Part shown: piece after piece, positions 48,362-57,382 of the stretch
Layout: the number at the start of each line of letters is the position of its first letter
Position numbering within the stretch: the stretch's first letter is position 1
Assembly: GCA_963665615.2 (NCBI GenBank)
Contig: CAXXQE010000001.1
Location: 513,151 to 577,150, forward strand
Source: Syntrophales bacterium
GTDB lineage: Bacteria > Desulfobacterota > Syntrophia > Syntrophales > UBA4778
Length of the DNA stretch: 64,000 bases
Direction of reading: 5' to 3'
Notes under the pieces: model-generated
Database searches by the model: none
Told to the model about the DNA's origin: nothing
The model's input: only the letters and a program-made list of their open reading frames with translations
Made by a program: the position numbers and the translations under genes

Positions 48362-49442
48362 GTCTCCGGGTTTGATGGGGTTCACGGATTATCTTATAGA
48401 CGGATTTGCTTTTACGGGTAGTCTGTTGACGGTTGCGCTGGTCGGGGTGATCTTCCGTTACCTGTTGGGGAAGGGCTTGAAGCATGAGCCTGACGATCCG
48501 GTCCATGCGGAGGTTCTGTCCCGCCGGATCAGGCAGGGTGGGATTCTGCTGGTGATCGCCGTTGCCGGCGTCGTGTCTTTGCTCTATACCCTTGCGCCCT
48601 CGATTCACGCCACGGCCTGGTGGTCCTTTTGCGGCATGGGCGCCGCGACGGCTTGTCTGGCATGGTTACGGTTTCGGCATACCGCTTGGAAGGCCCTTCC
48701 CCCGAGCGAGCCGCTTGCGGGCGTCGCCGCGGCTGACTGTTTCATGATCCTCTACGCATTCTGTCTCTTGTCCTTTACGCTTCTAATGGCCATGGGCGTC
48801 TTCGTCAAACAAGCGATCCCCGATTGGTCCCGCATGACAACGGGGACAATGGAATTCGGGCTGGCAGCTGCGTTTATTTTCGTGATGACAAGCATGTTGT
48901 TGCCCGGGAAGAAGGTGCGCGGCGCACTGGTTATTCTGGTGAGCCTCCTGTGGCTTGTTCCGGTTTATTGGTTGGTCCGGTGCGGGATGCAGTGTCTGCC
49001 GACGCAGTCTCTAATCGACACAGGGATCATGGATCGGCGGGGGCCTTTCTGGGCAGTGGCAGTCGCGCTGATTGAACTGCCATTCGTACGGTTTCTTGCG
49101 CTGCGGTATGCAAAGGGCGATGATTCAGAGAGCGGTGATTCAGAGAGCGGTCGCGCAGTCTATCTCTTCGGAGAATTTGAAAAGCCGGTGATGCTCCTTC
49201 TCTTTCCCTTCCTTTTCCAATGGATGGTGTGGCAGCTCGCCGGTTGTTACGGACTGGGCCTATCGGCAACGGTCGTGGCGGTTTCGCTGGCCATGTGGTT
49301 GCCCTTCGATCTGGACAGCGTTACTGTTCATCCGGAAGCCGGACAGACAAAAGGACTCAAAACCGCTCTGCACGGGACTTTGCTGCTTGCCTGTTTTGCC
49401 GTGATGACGAGTGCCTTGGCATTAGTGGCGCTCAATTTTTGA
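48354..49442 (+). CDS. Multi-TM membrane protein, possibly a degenerate membrane pyrophosphatase homolog
   Basis: About 9-10 TM segments; several segments resemble HppA helices by eye; no catalytic motifs. Confidence 0.5.
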   Translation: MIESPGLMGFTDYLIDGFAFTGSLLTVALVGVIFRYLLGKGLKHEPDDPVHAEVLSRRIRQGGILLVIAVAGVVSLLYTLAPSIHATAWWSFCGMGAATACLAWLRFRHTAWKALPPSEPLAGVAAADCFMILYAFCLLSFTLLMAMGVFVKQAIPDWSRMTTGTMEFGLAAAFIFVMTSMLLPGKKVRGALVILVSLLWLVPVYWLVRCGMQCLPTQSLIDTGIMDRRGPFWAVAVALIELPFVRFLALRYAKGDDSESGDSESGRAVYLFGEFEKPVMLLLFPFLFQWMVWQLAGCYGLGLSATVVAVSLAMWLPFDLDSVTVHPEAGQTKGLKTALHGTLLLACFAVMTSALALVALNF

Positions 49443-49479
49443 TGGTCCCTAAGCAGCGCGCTCAGATTGGGGAGACGAC

Positions 49480-49893
49480 ATGACCACCTATGAGTTGGTG
49501 AAAACCCTCGATGCAAGCAGGTCGCAACAGGTCCTGCAGCTCTATCGTTCGGCGGGGTGGTGGTATCCTGAGGACGATGAAAAGCCGGATCTCGTTAAGC
49601 GCATCCTCGCGGGGAGTCACTGCTTCTGCATTGCCCTGAAAGAGGATGAGATCGTCGGAATCGGCCGCGCCATCAGCGACAGGGTGAGCGATGCCTTTAT
49701 CCAGGATATTTTCGTCCGTGAGGATAGCAGGCGACAGGGTATTGCCCGTGGGATTGTTGCCAGGCTCGTCGAGCATCTGAAAAAGGACGGCATCGAATGG
49801 ATTGCGTTGATCGCCGCCCCAGGCTCCGCCGGCGTCTATGAGCTCCTCGGCTTTAAACCCATGCCGGGTCATATCGCGGTGAGTCTCAAGTAA
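49480..49893 (+). CDS. GNAT family acetyltransferase
   Basis: IQDIFV...RRQGIAR, YELLGF. Confidence 0.9.
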   Translation: MTTYELVKTLDASRSQQVLQLYRSAGWWYPEDDEKPDLVKRILAGSHCFCIALKEDEIVGIGRAISDRVSDAFIQDIFVREDSRRQGIARGIVARLVEHLKKDGIEWIALIAAPGSAGVYELLGFKPMPGHIAVSLK

Positions 49894-49903
49894 TGCCTGC
49901 GGT

Positions 49904-50752
49904 TCACCCGCGCATTGCACATACGATCCGGATCTTCGATGGCGCCGGAAGATCCGGCGCACGCCCTTCGTAGTACCTTTCCGTCGCTTCTCCCGGTGAA
50001 AGAAACGTTACGTCTGTGAAACCCGCTTGGCGCAACTTCGTCTCGATCTCGGCCGGTTCAAAGAAGCTGATAAAGGGTTCGCCGAGCGTGCTCACACGTT
50101 CTGCGAGTTCAGCGTCTGCCGAATCCAATACGCTGTCCGGTTTTCCCATAAAGGTCAGCACGATCTCACTGCCTGCGGAAAAGGCTGCTACGGATTTCAG
50201 GGTTGCATCGATCGCCGCGTCGTTAAGATACATCGTGACGCCGAGCCAGGAGAAGAAAGTCGGTTCCTCAGGTGAGATCCCTTGTCGCATCAAACCGGCC
50301 AGCAACGATTCGTGCTCGAAATCGACGTGAACGAATGACAAATTCGACGGCACGTCTATCCGCCCCTTGGTCATTTGCCATTGCTTCATCTTTTGCGTTC
50401 CGGGATGATCCACCTCAATAATCTTCAGGGCACGCGCCCAGTCCGGCTGTCTCAGAGCGAACGTGTCGAAACCGGCGCCCAGAAGGATATAGCGGGTGAC
50501 GCCGCGAGAGACCGCTTCCTGCAACCGATCCTCCGTAAATCGGGAACGCAGTACGACATGGGAACGCAGGGCTTTTGCCGCAGGAGACTGGTGCGATCCA
50601 AGCGAATCGAGAATTTTCTGAGATGCCTCATCGCCAAGCAAACGCAAGGCCATTGGGTCCTCGAAGATGAGCGGTTTGGCATCCAGTATCTGATGAGCCG
50701 CTCGAAGGTAGGCTGTTCCCAGCGCCGTGCGACTGGCTTCACGCTCCGTCAT
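49904..50752 (-). CDS. SAM-dependent methyltransferase (LCM/DUF142 family)
   Basis: SRTA, RAAH, ILLGAGFDT, EVDHP, WLGVTMYL. Confidence 0.9.
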   Translation of the reverse strand: MTEREASRTALGTAYLRAAHQILDAKPLIFEDPMALRLLGDEASQKILDSLGSHQSPAAKALRSHVVLRSRFTEDRLQEAVSRGVTRYILLGAGFDTFALRQPDWARALKIIEVDHPGTQKMKQWQMTKGRIDVPSNLSFVHVDFEHESLLAGLMRQGISPEEPTFFSWLGVTMYLNDAAIDATLKSVAAFSAGSEIVLTFMGKPDSVLDSADAELAERVSTLGEPFISFFEPAEIETKLRQAGFTDVTFLSPGEATERYYEGRAPDLPAPSKIRIVCAMRG

Positions 50753-50778
50753 TTGGTCGTCTGTCTCCTCCTGTTTCT

Positions 50779-52074
50779 CTATTTCAAAATCACGCCTGTT
50801 TCGCCCAGTGCAATGACGTGGATCGAAAGCCGATCGTTCAACACCGCAGTCTCGCCGAGGGACAGGGACTTGACGGCGCCGGTGAGTGTAACACGTTCTG
50901 TCAACTTTACGGAGGCAAGGGCAGAAGATGCTTTCAGGCGGGCCTGTTCCAGTTGTTCTACGATCAGGCTGTCGAGCTTCGTTTTGATAGTGCTTTGAAT
51001 GGTGCTGTGAAGCAGCCAGCTTCCGGCGCTTACCAGCCATCCTGCATGTTTTGTGTCAAAATCGACATCTTCAAAGGTAAGCGAATTGGTCTGCGGGTGA
51101 TACACCGGTTTGGCATAGAGCGTCAACTCGCCATTAAAGTCACCGGCGGCGGTCAGCATGAGCGCCAGCCGGCCGTCTTCCCCCTTCAGATTGAAGCCCT
51201 TGACCGTGATCTTCTTGTCGGCGCCGAAGGTCTTGTCAATCAATACCGGGTTCAACGCCTTTATGAGATCAGCATAGAAGATGTCCGTTACGAGTTGGAT
51301 GTGAAAATGCTTGTCGAAGGTCGGCAGGAGTTGGACGGGCGGGAGTGCCTTTGCCGGCGCTGCATTTGGCTTTGGCCCGACCGTGATTTCCGCGCCGGTC
51401 ATCAAACCGATCGACAATCGGATCTGATTGTTTGCTGCGACGAGCGGACTCATGACGACTCTGTCCGGTGTCAGTCTGAGCCACGTGCTGAATTCTTTAT
51501 TGACCAGTATCGGCGAAAAGGCGCTCTGCCAGAGTGGCGTGATTCTGGCGCGGAGCGCAATGGATTCATTTACCTTGGCGTCGAGGAACGGCGCGAGGAG
51601 TTTTTGAACCGGCATCACGATCCCCTCGACCATGCTTTTCGGTTTCAATGAAATTGGCCCCAGCTCGAACGTGTCGGCCAAGTTATCCGAGAGTCCTGTG
51701 TAGTATAGGTCGGTCTTCAGCCGCCAGTCGGGCGTGACGCTCACCCTGGCCTTGAACCGGAGGTCCGCCCGGAGCGGATAGCTTTCATAGATTGCGTAGC
51801 GAAAGGTCAGTTGAATGGGCAGCGTAAGAAAGACATAATTGTCAGCCGCCGTAACGATAACCGGACCGGTGCGCAACACCGTAACGGAAGTCTCCATTGC
51901 CCCCTGTCCTTTGTAGAGTTCCTTGGGCAGAGACTGGTTGATCATCGTCCCGAGATCGGCAGCAGATGCCTCGACGCCGAGATTAATGGATGAGGGCGGC
52001 ACAGCGGCGGAAGCGCTTGCAATGCTGAACAGCAGGCATAAGACAATAATGAAGAACCGGCAAAAAATGGCGAT
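50779..52074 (-). CDS. DUF4403-like exported protein; start codon non-canonical or uncertain
   Basis: Frame open from ATC 52074 with signal peptide IAIFCRFFIIVLCLLFSIASASAA; first canonical start GTG 52002 lies after the signal. Confidence 0.65.
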   Translation of the reverse strand: MAIFCRFFIIVLCLLFSIASASAAVPPSSINLGVEASAADLGTMINQSLPKELYKGQGAMETSVTVLRTGPVIVTAADNYVFLTLPIQLTFRYAIYESYPLRADLRFKARVSVTPDWRLKTDLYYTGLSDNLADTFELGPISLKPKSMVEGIVMPVQKLLAPFLDAKVNESIALRARITPLWQSAFSPILVNKEFSTWLRLTPDRVVMSPLVAANNQIRLSIGLMTGAEITVGPKPNAAPAKALPPVQLLPTFDKHFHIQLVTDIFYADLIKALNPVLIDKTFGADKKITVKGFNLKGEDGRLALMLTAAGDFNGELTLYAKPVYHPQTNSLTFEDVDFDTKHAGWLVSAGSWLLHSTIQSTIKTKLDSLIVEQLEQARLKASSALASVKLTERVTLTGAVKSLSLGETAVLNDRLSIHVIALGETGVILK

Positions 52075-52267
52075 GAGCCTCCTTCGAAGATAGCTGACTG
52101 CTCCAGAAAATTTTGCAACACCATACCATTGAAGACTTTCCGGGGCAAGCTCTGGAGCGTAAGGATTATGGGTGAAAATGCACTATTGAGTAATTCCGAA
52201 TAATCTGATTAGGTGCTGGTGTCGTGGCGGGACGGAGCGTGATCTGAACGAAGACTGCGGATTGGGC

Positions 52268-53377
52268 ATGGATCATTTCGATATTACCATCATCGGCGCG
52301 GGTGTTGTGGGGTTGGCGATTGCCGAGCGTCTATACGGCGACGGTCGTGATGTATTGGTTGTGGAACGTCATCCCGCTTTCGGTCAGGAGACGAGCAGCC
52401 GAAACAGTGAGGTCATTCACGCGGGGTTATACTATCCCGCCGGTTCGCTGAAGGCGCGTCTCTGCCGCGAGGGAAACCGTCTGCTGTATGAGGCCTGCGA
52501 GAAAAGGGGCATTCCGCACCGTCGGGTCGGCAAGCTGATCGTTGCGACGAATGAGGCAGAGGTAGCACTGCTGCACCAGCGCAAGGCCATGGCAGAGGCC
52601 AACGATGTAACCGATCTGCGCTTCCTGTCCCGAAAAGAGATTGCCGCGATGGAACCCGATATTCGGGTTCGCGAGGCGCTTTACTCGCCATCCACTGGCA
52701 TCATCGATTCGCATGCCCTCATGCGTTTTTTCTTCATCAACGCGGAATCGAACGGCGTCACGATGGCATTTCGTACGGAGGTTACGGCCGCTCGTCCTGC
52801 GTCGCGCGGCTACGAGATCGAGAGCAACCGCGGGGAATACCGCTTTTCGACCGGGGCCGTGATTAACAGCGCCGGACTCCAGTCGGACCGCATTGCAGCT
52901 ATGGCTGGGATAGATGTCGATAAAGCCGCTTATCGTTTGAAGTACTGCAAGGGGTCGTACTTCACGGCCTCGCCGGCTCCGGTCCTCCGGCATCTTGTCT
53001 ATCCTGTGCCGACGCCGAATCACGAGGGGCTTGGGATCCACGCCACAATCGATCTGGCGGGACGCGTTCGCTTTGGGCCCGATGTCGAATATGTGTCAGA
53101 ATTGGATTATCGCGTTGATGAAAAGCGACGTGCCGACTTCGCCGCGGCGACTCAGACGTATCTCCCGTTGATCCGTCAGGAGGCGCTTGAACCGGATATG
53201 TGCGGCATTCGCCCGAAACTTCAGGGACCCGGCGAAGCGGTCCGCGATTTTGTCATTCAAGAGGAGGGAGCCGCCGGTCTTCCAGGCTGGATCAATCTGA
53301 TCGGAATCGAGTCTCCCGGCCTGACATCGTGTCTCGCCATCGCCGATCGCGTGAAAGCATTGGTAGATCAACTCTAA
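52268..53377 (+). CDS. FAD-dependent oxidoreductase (L-2-hydroxyglutarate oxidase family)
   Basis: IIGAGVVG, TSSRNSEVIHAG, GPD, GIRPKL, GIESPGLT. Confidence 0.92.
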   Translation: MDHFDITIIGAGVVGLAIAERLYGDGRDVLVVERHPAFGQETSSRNSEVIHAGLYYPAGSLKARLCREGNRLLYEACEKRGIPHRRVGKLIVATNEAEVALLHQRKAMAEANDVTDLRFLSRKEIAAMEPDIRVREALYSPSTGIIDSHALMRFFFINAESNGVTMAFRTEVTAARPASRGYEIESNRGEYRFSTGAVINSAGLQSDRIAAMAGIDVDKAAYRLKYCKGSYFTASPAPVLRHLVYPVPTPNHEGLGIHATIDLAGRVRFGPDVEYVSELDYRVDEKRRADFAAATQTYLPLIRQEALEPDMCGIRPKLQGPGEAVRDFVIQEEGAAGLPGWINLIGIESPGLTSCLAIADRVKALVDQL

Positions 53378-53406
53378 CAGGCTGTCGAAAAACTCTTCAA
53401 TGTTGT

Positions 53407-53484
53407 GTCATTGCGAGGAGCGTCAGCGACGCGGCAATCTCATTAATCCAGCACGTTAGATTGCTTCGCTTCGCTCGCAATGAC
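53407..53484. repeat. Inverted pair of REP/RPE-like repeats inside a MITE-like segment
   Basis: gtcattgcgag...gcaatct and agattgcttcgcttcgctcgcaatgac. Confidence 0.7.
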
Positions 53485-53734
53485 CTGGAAACATGCTTTT
53501 TACGACGCCATCACTCTTTACCCGTTACTATTTTTTTACTTCTTTTTCTCACTGCTTTTTCAACTCAGAACCCCGGACTGTTTTCCCAAGCTTTTATAAG
53601 GCGATAATTTATAATACATAAATGTTGTATTTTAATAATTAATAACAAATATGTTATTTATGTTCCGGGTCTCATTTTGCCGAAATTTTTATTAAAATTA
53701 ATAATATCAATATATTGAACAGAAATCCCGCATT

Positions 53735-53750
53735 TGGCATCTCTGTTGCT
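53735..53750 (+). promoter_or_regulatory. Sigma-54 promoter of amtB-glnK
   Basis: TGGCAT-CTCTG-TTGCT (GG-N10-GC) preceded by a very AT-rich tract. Confidence 0.8.
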
Positions 53751-53791
53751 CTATCTAAAGGCAACGTTCTTATTTTATCTGGAGGTGGATT

Positions 53792-55027
53792 ATGAATACG
53801 GGTGATACAGCGTGGGTATTGATATCGAGCGCGCTTGTTCTGCTCATGACGGTGCCGGGTCTGGCCTTTTTCTACGGGGGGCTGGTCCGCAGGAAAAACG
53901 TTCTTTCTCTTTTGATGCAGTGCCTGATCATTTTGTGCGTGATCAGCTTGCAGTGGGTGTTGTACGGGTACTCGCTGACGTTCGGGCCTGATACCGGGCA
54001 TGGGATTATCGGCGGTTTGAAGTGGATTGGTCTGAAATTTGTCGGCGAAGCGCCCAATGGGGATTATGCCGCGACGATTCCACACTCGGTCTTTATGATT
54101 TTCCAGGCGATGTTCGCCGTGATTACGCCGGCCCTGATGATCGGCGCCTTCGCGGAACGCATCAAGTTTTCGGCCTTCCTGGTTTTCACCATACTCTGGG
54201 CGACGTTCGTTTACGATCCATTGGGACACTGGGTCTGGGGAACGGGCGGTTGGCTGAGAAATCTGGGCGGTCTGGATTTTGCCGGGGGCATCGTGGTTCA
54301 CACGAGCTCGGGCATATCGGCCCTGGTCATGGCGATTATGCTCGGCAAGCGTTGCGGTTATGACGGCGGCGCTTTCCGTCCCCATAATCTCCCCTTTACG
54401 GTTCTGGGCGGCACGCTTCTGTGGTTCGGGTGGTTCGGGTTCAATGCAGGAAGCGCGCTCGGCGCCAACGGTCTTGCGGCCAATGCCTTCGTGACGACGA
54501 ATACGGCGACGGCTGCAGCAGGACTGACGTGGGCCCTGATCGAATGGATGAAGCACGGCGCCCCTACGGTTCTGGGTACGGTAACGGGTGCGGTAGCGGG
54601 TCTGGTTGCCATCACGCCGGCCTGCGGATTTGTCAACCCGATGAATGCGATTTTTATCGGCATCCTGGTCAGCATCATCTGCTACTTAGCGCTGACCTGG
54701 GTCAAGAGCAAGTTCGGCTATGACGATTCGCTGGATGTCTTCGGTGTCCATGGTGTCGGCGGCATGTGGGGAACCTTTGCGACGGGGCTCTTTGCTGAAA
54801 AGGCAGTCAATGCGGCAGGCGCGGATGGTCTCCTCTTCGGCGGGCTGCATCAGTTCCTGGTACAAGCCGGTCTGGTTGGCGTGACAGTGGTCTTTGCCGT
54901 GGTCATGACGTGGATTCTCTTCAAGGTCGTCGATGCGGTCATTGGTATGCGCGTCGAGAAGAAGGACGAACTGATCGGTCTGGATCTGACGCAACACAAC
55001 GAAGTCGCTTACACCGTCATCGAATAG
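53792..55027 (+). CDS. amtB: Ammonium transporter
   Basis: GDTAW, PGLAFFYGG, DFAGGIVVH, WFGFNAGS, DDSLDVFGVHG. Confidence 0.97.
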   Translation: MNTGDTAWVLISSALVLLMTVPGLAFFYGGLVRRKNVLSLLMQCLIILCVISLQWVLYGYSLTFGPDTGHGIIGGLKWIGLKFVGEAPNGDYAATIPHSVFMIFQAMFAVITPALMIGAFAERIKFSAFLVFTILWATFVYDPLGHWVWGTGGWLRNLGGLDFAGGIVVHTSSGISALVMAIMLGKRCGYDGGAFRPHNLPFTVLGGTLLWFGWFGFNAGSALGANGLAANAFVTTNTATAAAGLTWALIEWMKHGAPTVLGTVTGAVAGLVAITPACGFVNPMNAIFIGILVSIICYLALTWVKSKFGYDDSLDVFGVHGVGGMWGTFATGLFAEKAVNAAGADGLLFGGLHQFLVQAGLVGVTVVFAVVMTWILFKVVDAVIGMRVEKKDELIGLDLTQHNEVAYTVIE

Positions 55028-55095
55028 CGACACGCGTCTTGCAGGTAACGATCAATAGGTAAAAGACAAACTGAGTCACATGAAGGAGTGCAAAT

Positions 55096-55437
55096 ATGAA
55101 ATACATCATAGCAATCATTCAACCCCACAAGCTGGAGGAAGTAAAAGATGCCCTGGAGGCTGTAGAGGTACACCTGATGACTGTGTCCAATGTTTTGGGA
55201 CGAGGCCGCCAGAAGGGGATTACGGAAGTTTACCGCGGGGCCAAGGAAGTCGGCAGTCTGCTCAAGAAGGTCAAAATCGAAATTGCGGTCAATGAGGACT
55301 ATGTCAAGCCGGCCATTGCCGCTCTGACCAAAGGGGCGCGAACGGGTGAGATAGGGGACGGCAAGATCTTTATCCTCGACCTCAAGGATGTGATCCGCAT
55401 CCGAACCGGAGAAACCGGTGAGTTGGCGATCGGGTAA
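55096..55437 (+). CDS. glnK: P-II family nitrogen regulator
   Basis: [28 protein letters not shown]; downstream of amtB. Confidence 0.93.
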   Translation: MKYIIAIIQPHKLEEVKDALEAVEVHLMTVSNVLGRGRQKGITEVYRGAKEVGSLLKKVKIEIAVNEDYVKPAIAALTKGARTGEIGDGKIFILDLKDVIRIRTGETGELAIG

Positions 55438-55445
55438 TCAATAAC

Positions 55446-55488
55446 ATACTGGCAAGTGAGTCGTTCGCAGCGCCTCACTTGCCAGTAT
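55446..55488 (+). terminator. Long hairpin after glnK
   Basis: atactggcaagtgag...ctcacttgccagtat. Confidence 0.6.
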
Positions 55489-55684
55489 CCAGTTCTCCGG
55501 GGTTCGAGTCTTGGGTTGCACCACAAAAATAATTTGTCACCCCCCCTCCATGCGTGAGTTTTTATAACCGCTTTTACTTATGATTTCTCATTCAAAAATT
55601 CTGCTTGACAACATCTCCATGTCCTCATAGTTAAAAGACACTATTTCCGTACAAAAATATCGGACTGCGGATGACATTTTTCGT

Positions 55685-55759
55685 CTTAAGACGGCCATGA
55701 TCTATGCGCATGTATTGAACAAAGGTCCGTGAGCCGTGAGAAGTCCCGCAGATAATCTT
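55685..55759 (+). pseudogene. intI: Relic 3' end of an integron integrase gene
   Basis: Translates LKTAMIYAHVLNKGP*AVRSPADNL, matching the IntI C-terminus TTMIYTHVL..G..GVRSP.D including the catalytic Tyr; internal TGA. Confidence 0.8.
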
Positions 55760-55767
55760 CAGCAACC

Positions 55768-55944
55768 TGGTCCGGATGTTATATGGATCTGTATAACATC
55801 CCTACTAAGTTGTTGGGGAATAAGTAAATTGTCTTTAAAAAACAAGTTGTTAAGCTTAAAATGTAAAGTGATCTCAAGGGGTGTTATGCCGCAATAATTG
55901 CGATTTTTGGGTTTGTATACAGATCTATATAAACACTGTTAGCA
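55768..55944 (+). other. Putative integron attI region, array B
   Basis: Ends TATATAA-ACACT-GTTAGCA; the first cassette ends with complementary TGCTAAC. Confidence 0.75.
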
Positions 55945-55954
55945 CCATAAGAGG

Positions 55955-56365
55955 ATGGAGATAATCTCTGAAATTCTATTTGCCATATTTGGAGCGCTTC
56001 TTCAGGCGCTGCTTGAAATACTGGCCCAGGCATTTTTTGAAATCTCTGCGGAGGTTGTCCTTCGAAGCGTCGTTGAACCATTTAGGCGGCCAAGGCCTAT
56101 TAATCCTTTTCTTGCAGGCTTCGGCTATCTTTTATACGGTGCGGCCGCAGGTGGCTTGAGTCTACTAATGCCGAAGATGTTCACGATGCCCCTATGGTTT
56201 CGGGTGCTCAACCTAGCCGTCACACCTGTAGTTTGTGGGTTCATCATGGTAAAGCTGGGACAATTCAGAGAACGACGCAAGGAAAGAACCTTGAGAATCG
56301 ATACGTTCCTTTATGGCTACCTCTTCGCACTGGCCATGGCTATTGTTAGATTTATATGGCGATAA
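55955..56365 (+). CDS. Cassette B1: small membrane protein
   Basis: Hydrophobic 136-aa ORF between GTTAGCA and attC 56373-56440. Confidence 0.8.
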   Translation: MEIISEILFAIFGALLQALLEILAQAFFEISAEVVLRSVVEPFRRPRPINPFLAGFGYLLYGAAAGGLSLLMPKMFTMPLWFRVLNLAVTPVVCGFIMVKLGQFRERRKERTLRIDTFLYGYLFALAMAIVRFIWR

Positions 56366-56372
56366 AAGAGAG

Positions 56373-56440
56373 TGCTAACAGCGGGCTTGAGCCAATTGGC
56401 AACAAAAGGCGTTGCCTCCGGCTCAGCCCAAACGTTGGGC
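56373..56440 (+). other. attC site
   Basis: TGCTAAC...gggcttgagcc/ggctcagccc...GTTGGGC. Confidence 0.85.
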
Positions 56441-56451
56441 AAGAGGATATT

Positions 56452-56844
56452 ATGAAACTATTATTCTGCGTTTTTAGTTCAATAATTATATTTGTTTATT
56501 CCTCGCTTACATTGGCCGATGCATTGCCAATCAAGGACGGAAGATATAATGGTGGCCCTGTCTTGTTTATGAAACTCACTGATAGTCAAATTTATGAAAT
56601 TAAAAATCACTACAAGCCCTTTCAAGAGATTAATTTAACAAAAGATCAGCAAATATATATCGTGAACAATGCTCAAATAAAGGAACCACCAACAAAGATT
56701 ATTGTAGTCCGTCCGGAGGATGCAAAAGATAACTGTACATGCGGGCTTTCAAATATTGGTCTAATTATAAATTGGAATACGGTTGAAATCCCCAAGGAGT
56801 ATATATTTTCAGACAAGGAAGCTAAGGCAAGGCAAATAGAATAA
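56452..56844 (+). CDS. Cassette B2: exported hypothetical protein
   Basis: RBS GAGGA, ATG 56452, signal peptide; AT-rich. Confidence 0.75.
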   Translation: MKLLFCVFSSIIIFVYSSLTLADALPIKDGRYNGGPVLFMKLTDSQIYEIKNHYKPFQEINLTKDQQIYIVNNAQIKEPPTKIIVVRPEDAKDNCTCGLSNIGLIINWNTVEIPKEYIFSDKEAKARQIE

Positions 56845-56883
56845 GCCCAATATCCGCTAGAGCCGATCGCGGCCCCATTAAGC
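56845..56883 (+). other. Degenerate 39-bp attC (cores GCCCAAT / ATTAAGC)
   Basis: Cores match neighbouring cassette boundaries GTTGGGC and GCTTAAC except AAC>AAT and GTT>ATT. Confidence 0.55.
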
Positions 56884-56896
56884 TCAGGGATAAATT

Positions 56897-57304
56897 ATGT
56901 ACTATGAAATATTGGTCAATGGAAAATCTATAGGAACATTTGGTCATGCTGACTTGGAAAACATACACCTGTCTTTATCAAGTAGCGCAAATGATCTTTA
57001 TGTTTTCGCAAGTGCAATATGCAAGGAAGGAGAAAAACAAGTATTTTATGACTGGAGTCAACAAGAAATAGGATTTGATGACAAAGTTGAAATAATACCT
57101 ACGAAATTATCAAATGTTTCAGGGCCTCGGAAAAAGTTTGTTATGAATAGGCCAAAGCGGGAGCCTTCAGATAAAACTATTTGCGATTTTTGTCAAAGAA
57201 AAGAAACGGAAGTGCCTAAGCTTATTTATATCGATGAGCACAGGCCAACAATTTGTTCTGATTGTGTAGAGTTGTGTAATGTAATTCTTAATGAGCAGGC
57301 TTAA
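56897..57304 (+). CDS. Cassette B3: protein with C-terminal ClpX-type C4 zinc finger
   Basis: CDFCQR....V.KLI......ICSDCVELC. Confidence 0.75.
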   Translation: MYYEILVNGKSIGTFGHADLENIHLSLSSSANDLYVFASAICKEGEKQVFYDWSQQEIGFDDKVEIIPTKLSNVSGPRKKFVMNRPKREPSDKTICDFCQRKETEVPKLIYIDEHRPTICSDCVELCNVILNEQA

Positions 57305-57354
57305 CAAGGGCAATACGGCCGATCGCTAAACTCCGGCTGATTTCTTCGTTGTGC
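57299..57354 (+). other. attC site
   Basis: GCTTAAC (contains the stop) ...gccg/cggc... GTTGTGC. Confidence 0.75.
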
Positions 57355-57382
57355 ACTAACATAGATTATTTATGGAGGAGAT

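Noticed and set aside
55730..55732. In-frame TGA as selenocysteine in the intI-like peptide
   Set aside because: It falls at a non-Cys position of a gene fragment that lacks its 5' part; a nonsense mutation is simpler.
55771..55801. dif/Xer site or E. coli-type LexA box in the attI-like block
   Set aside because: Arm orientation and spacing do not fit dif (11-6-11) or CTG-N10-CAG.
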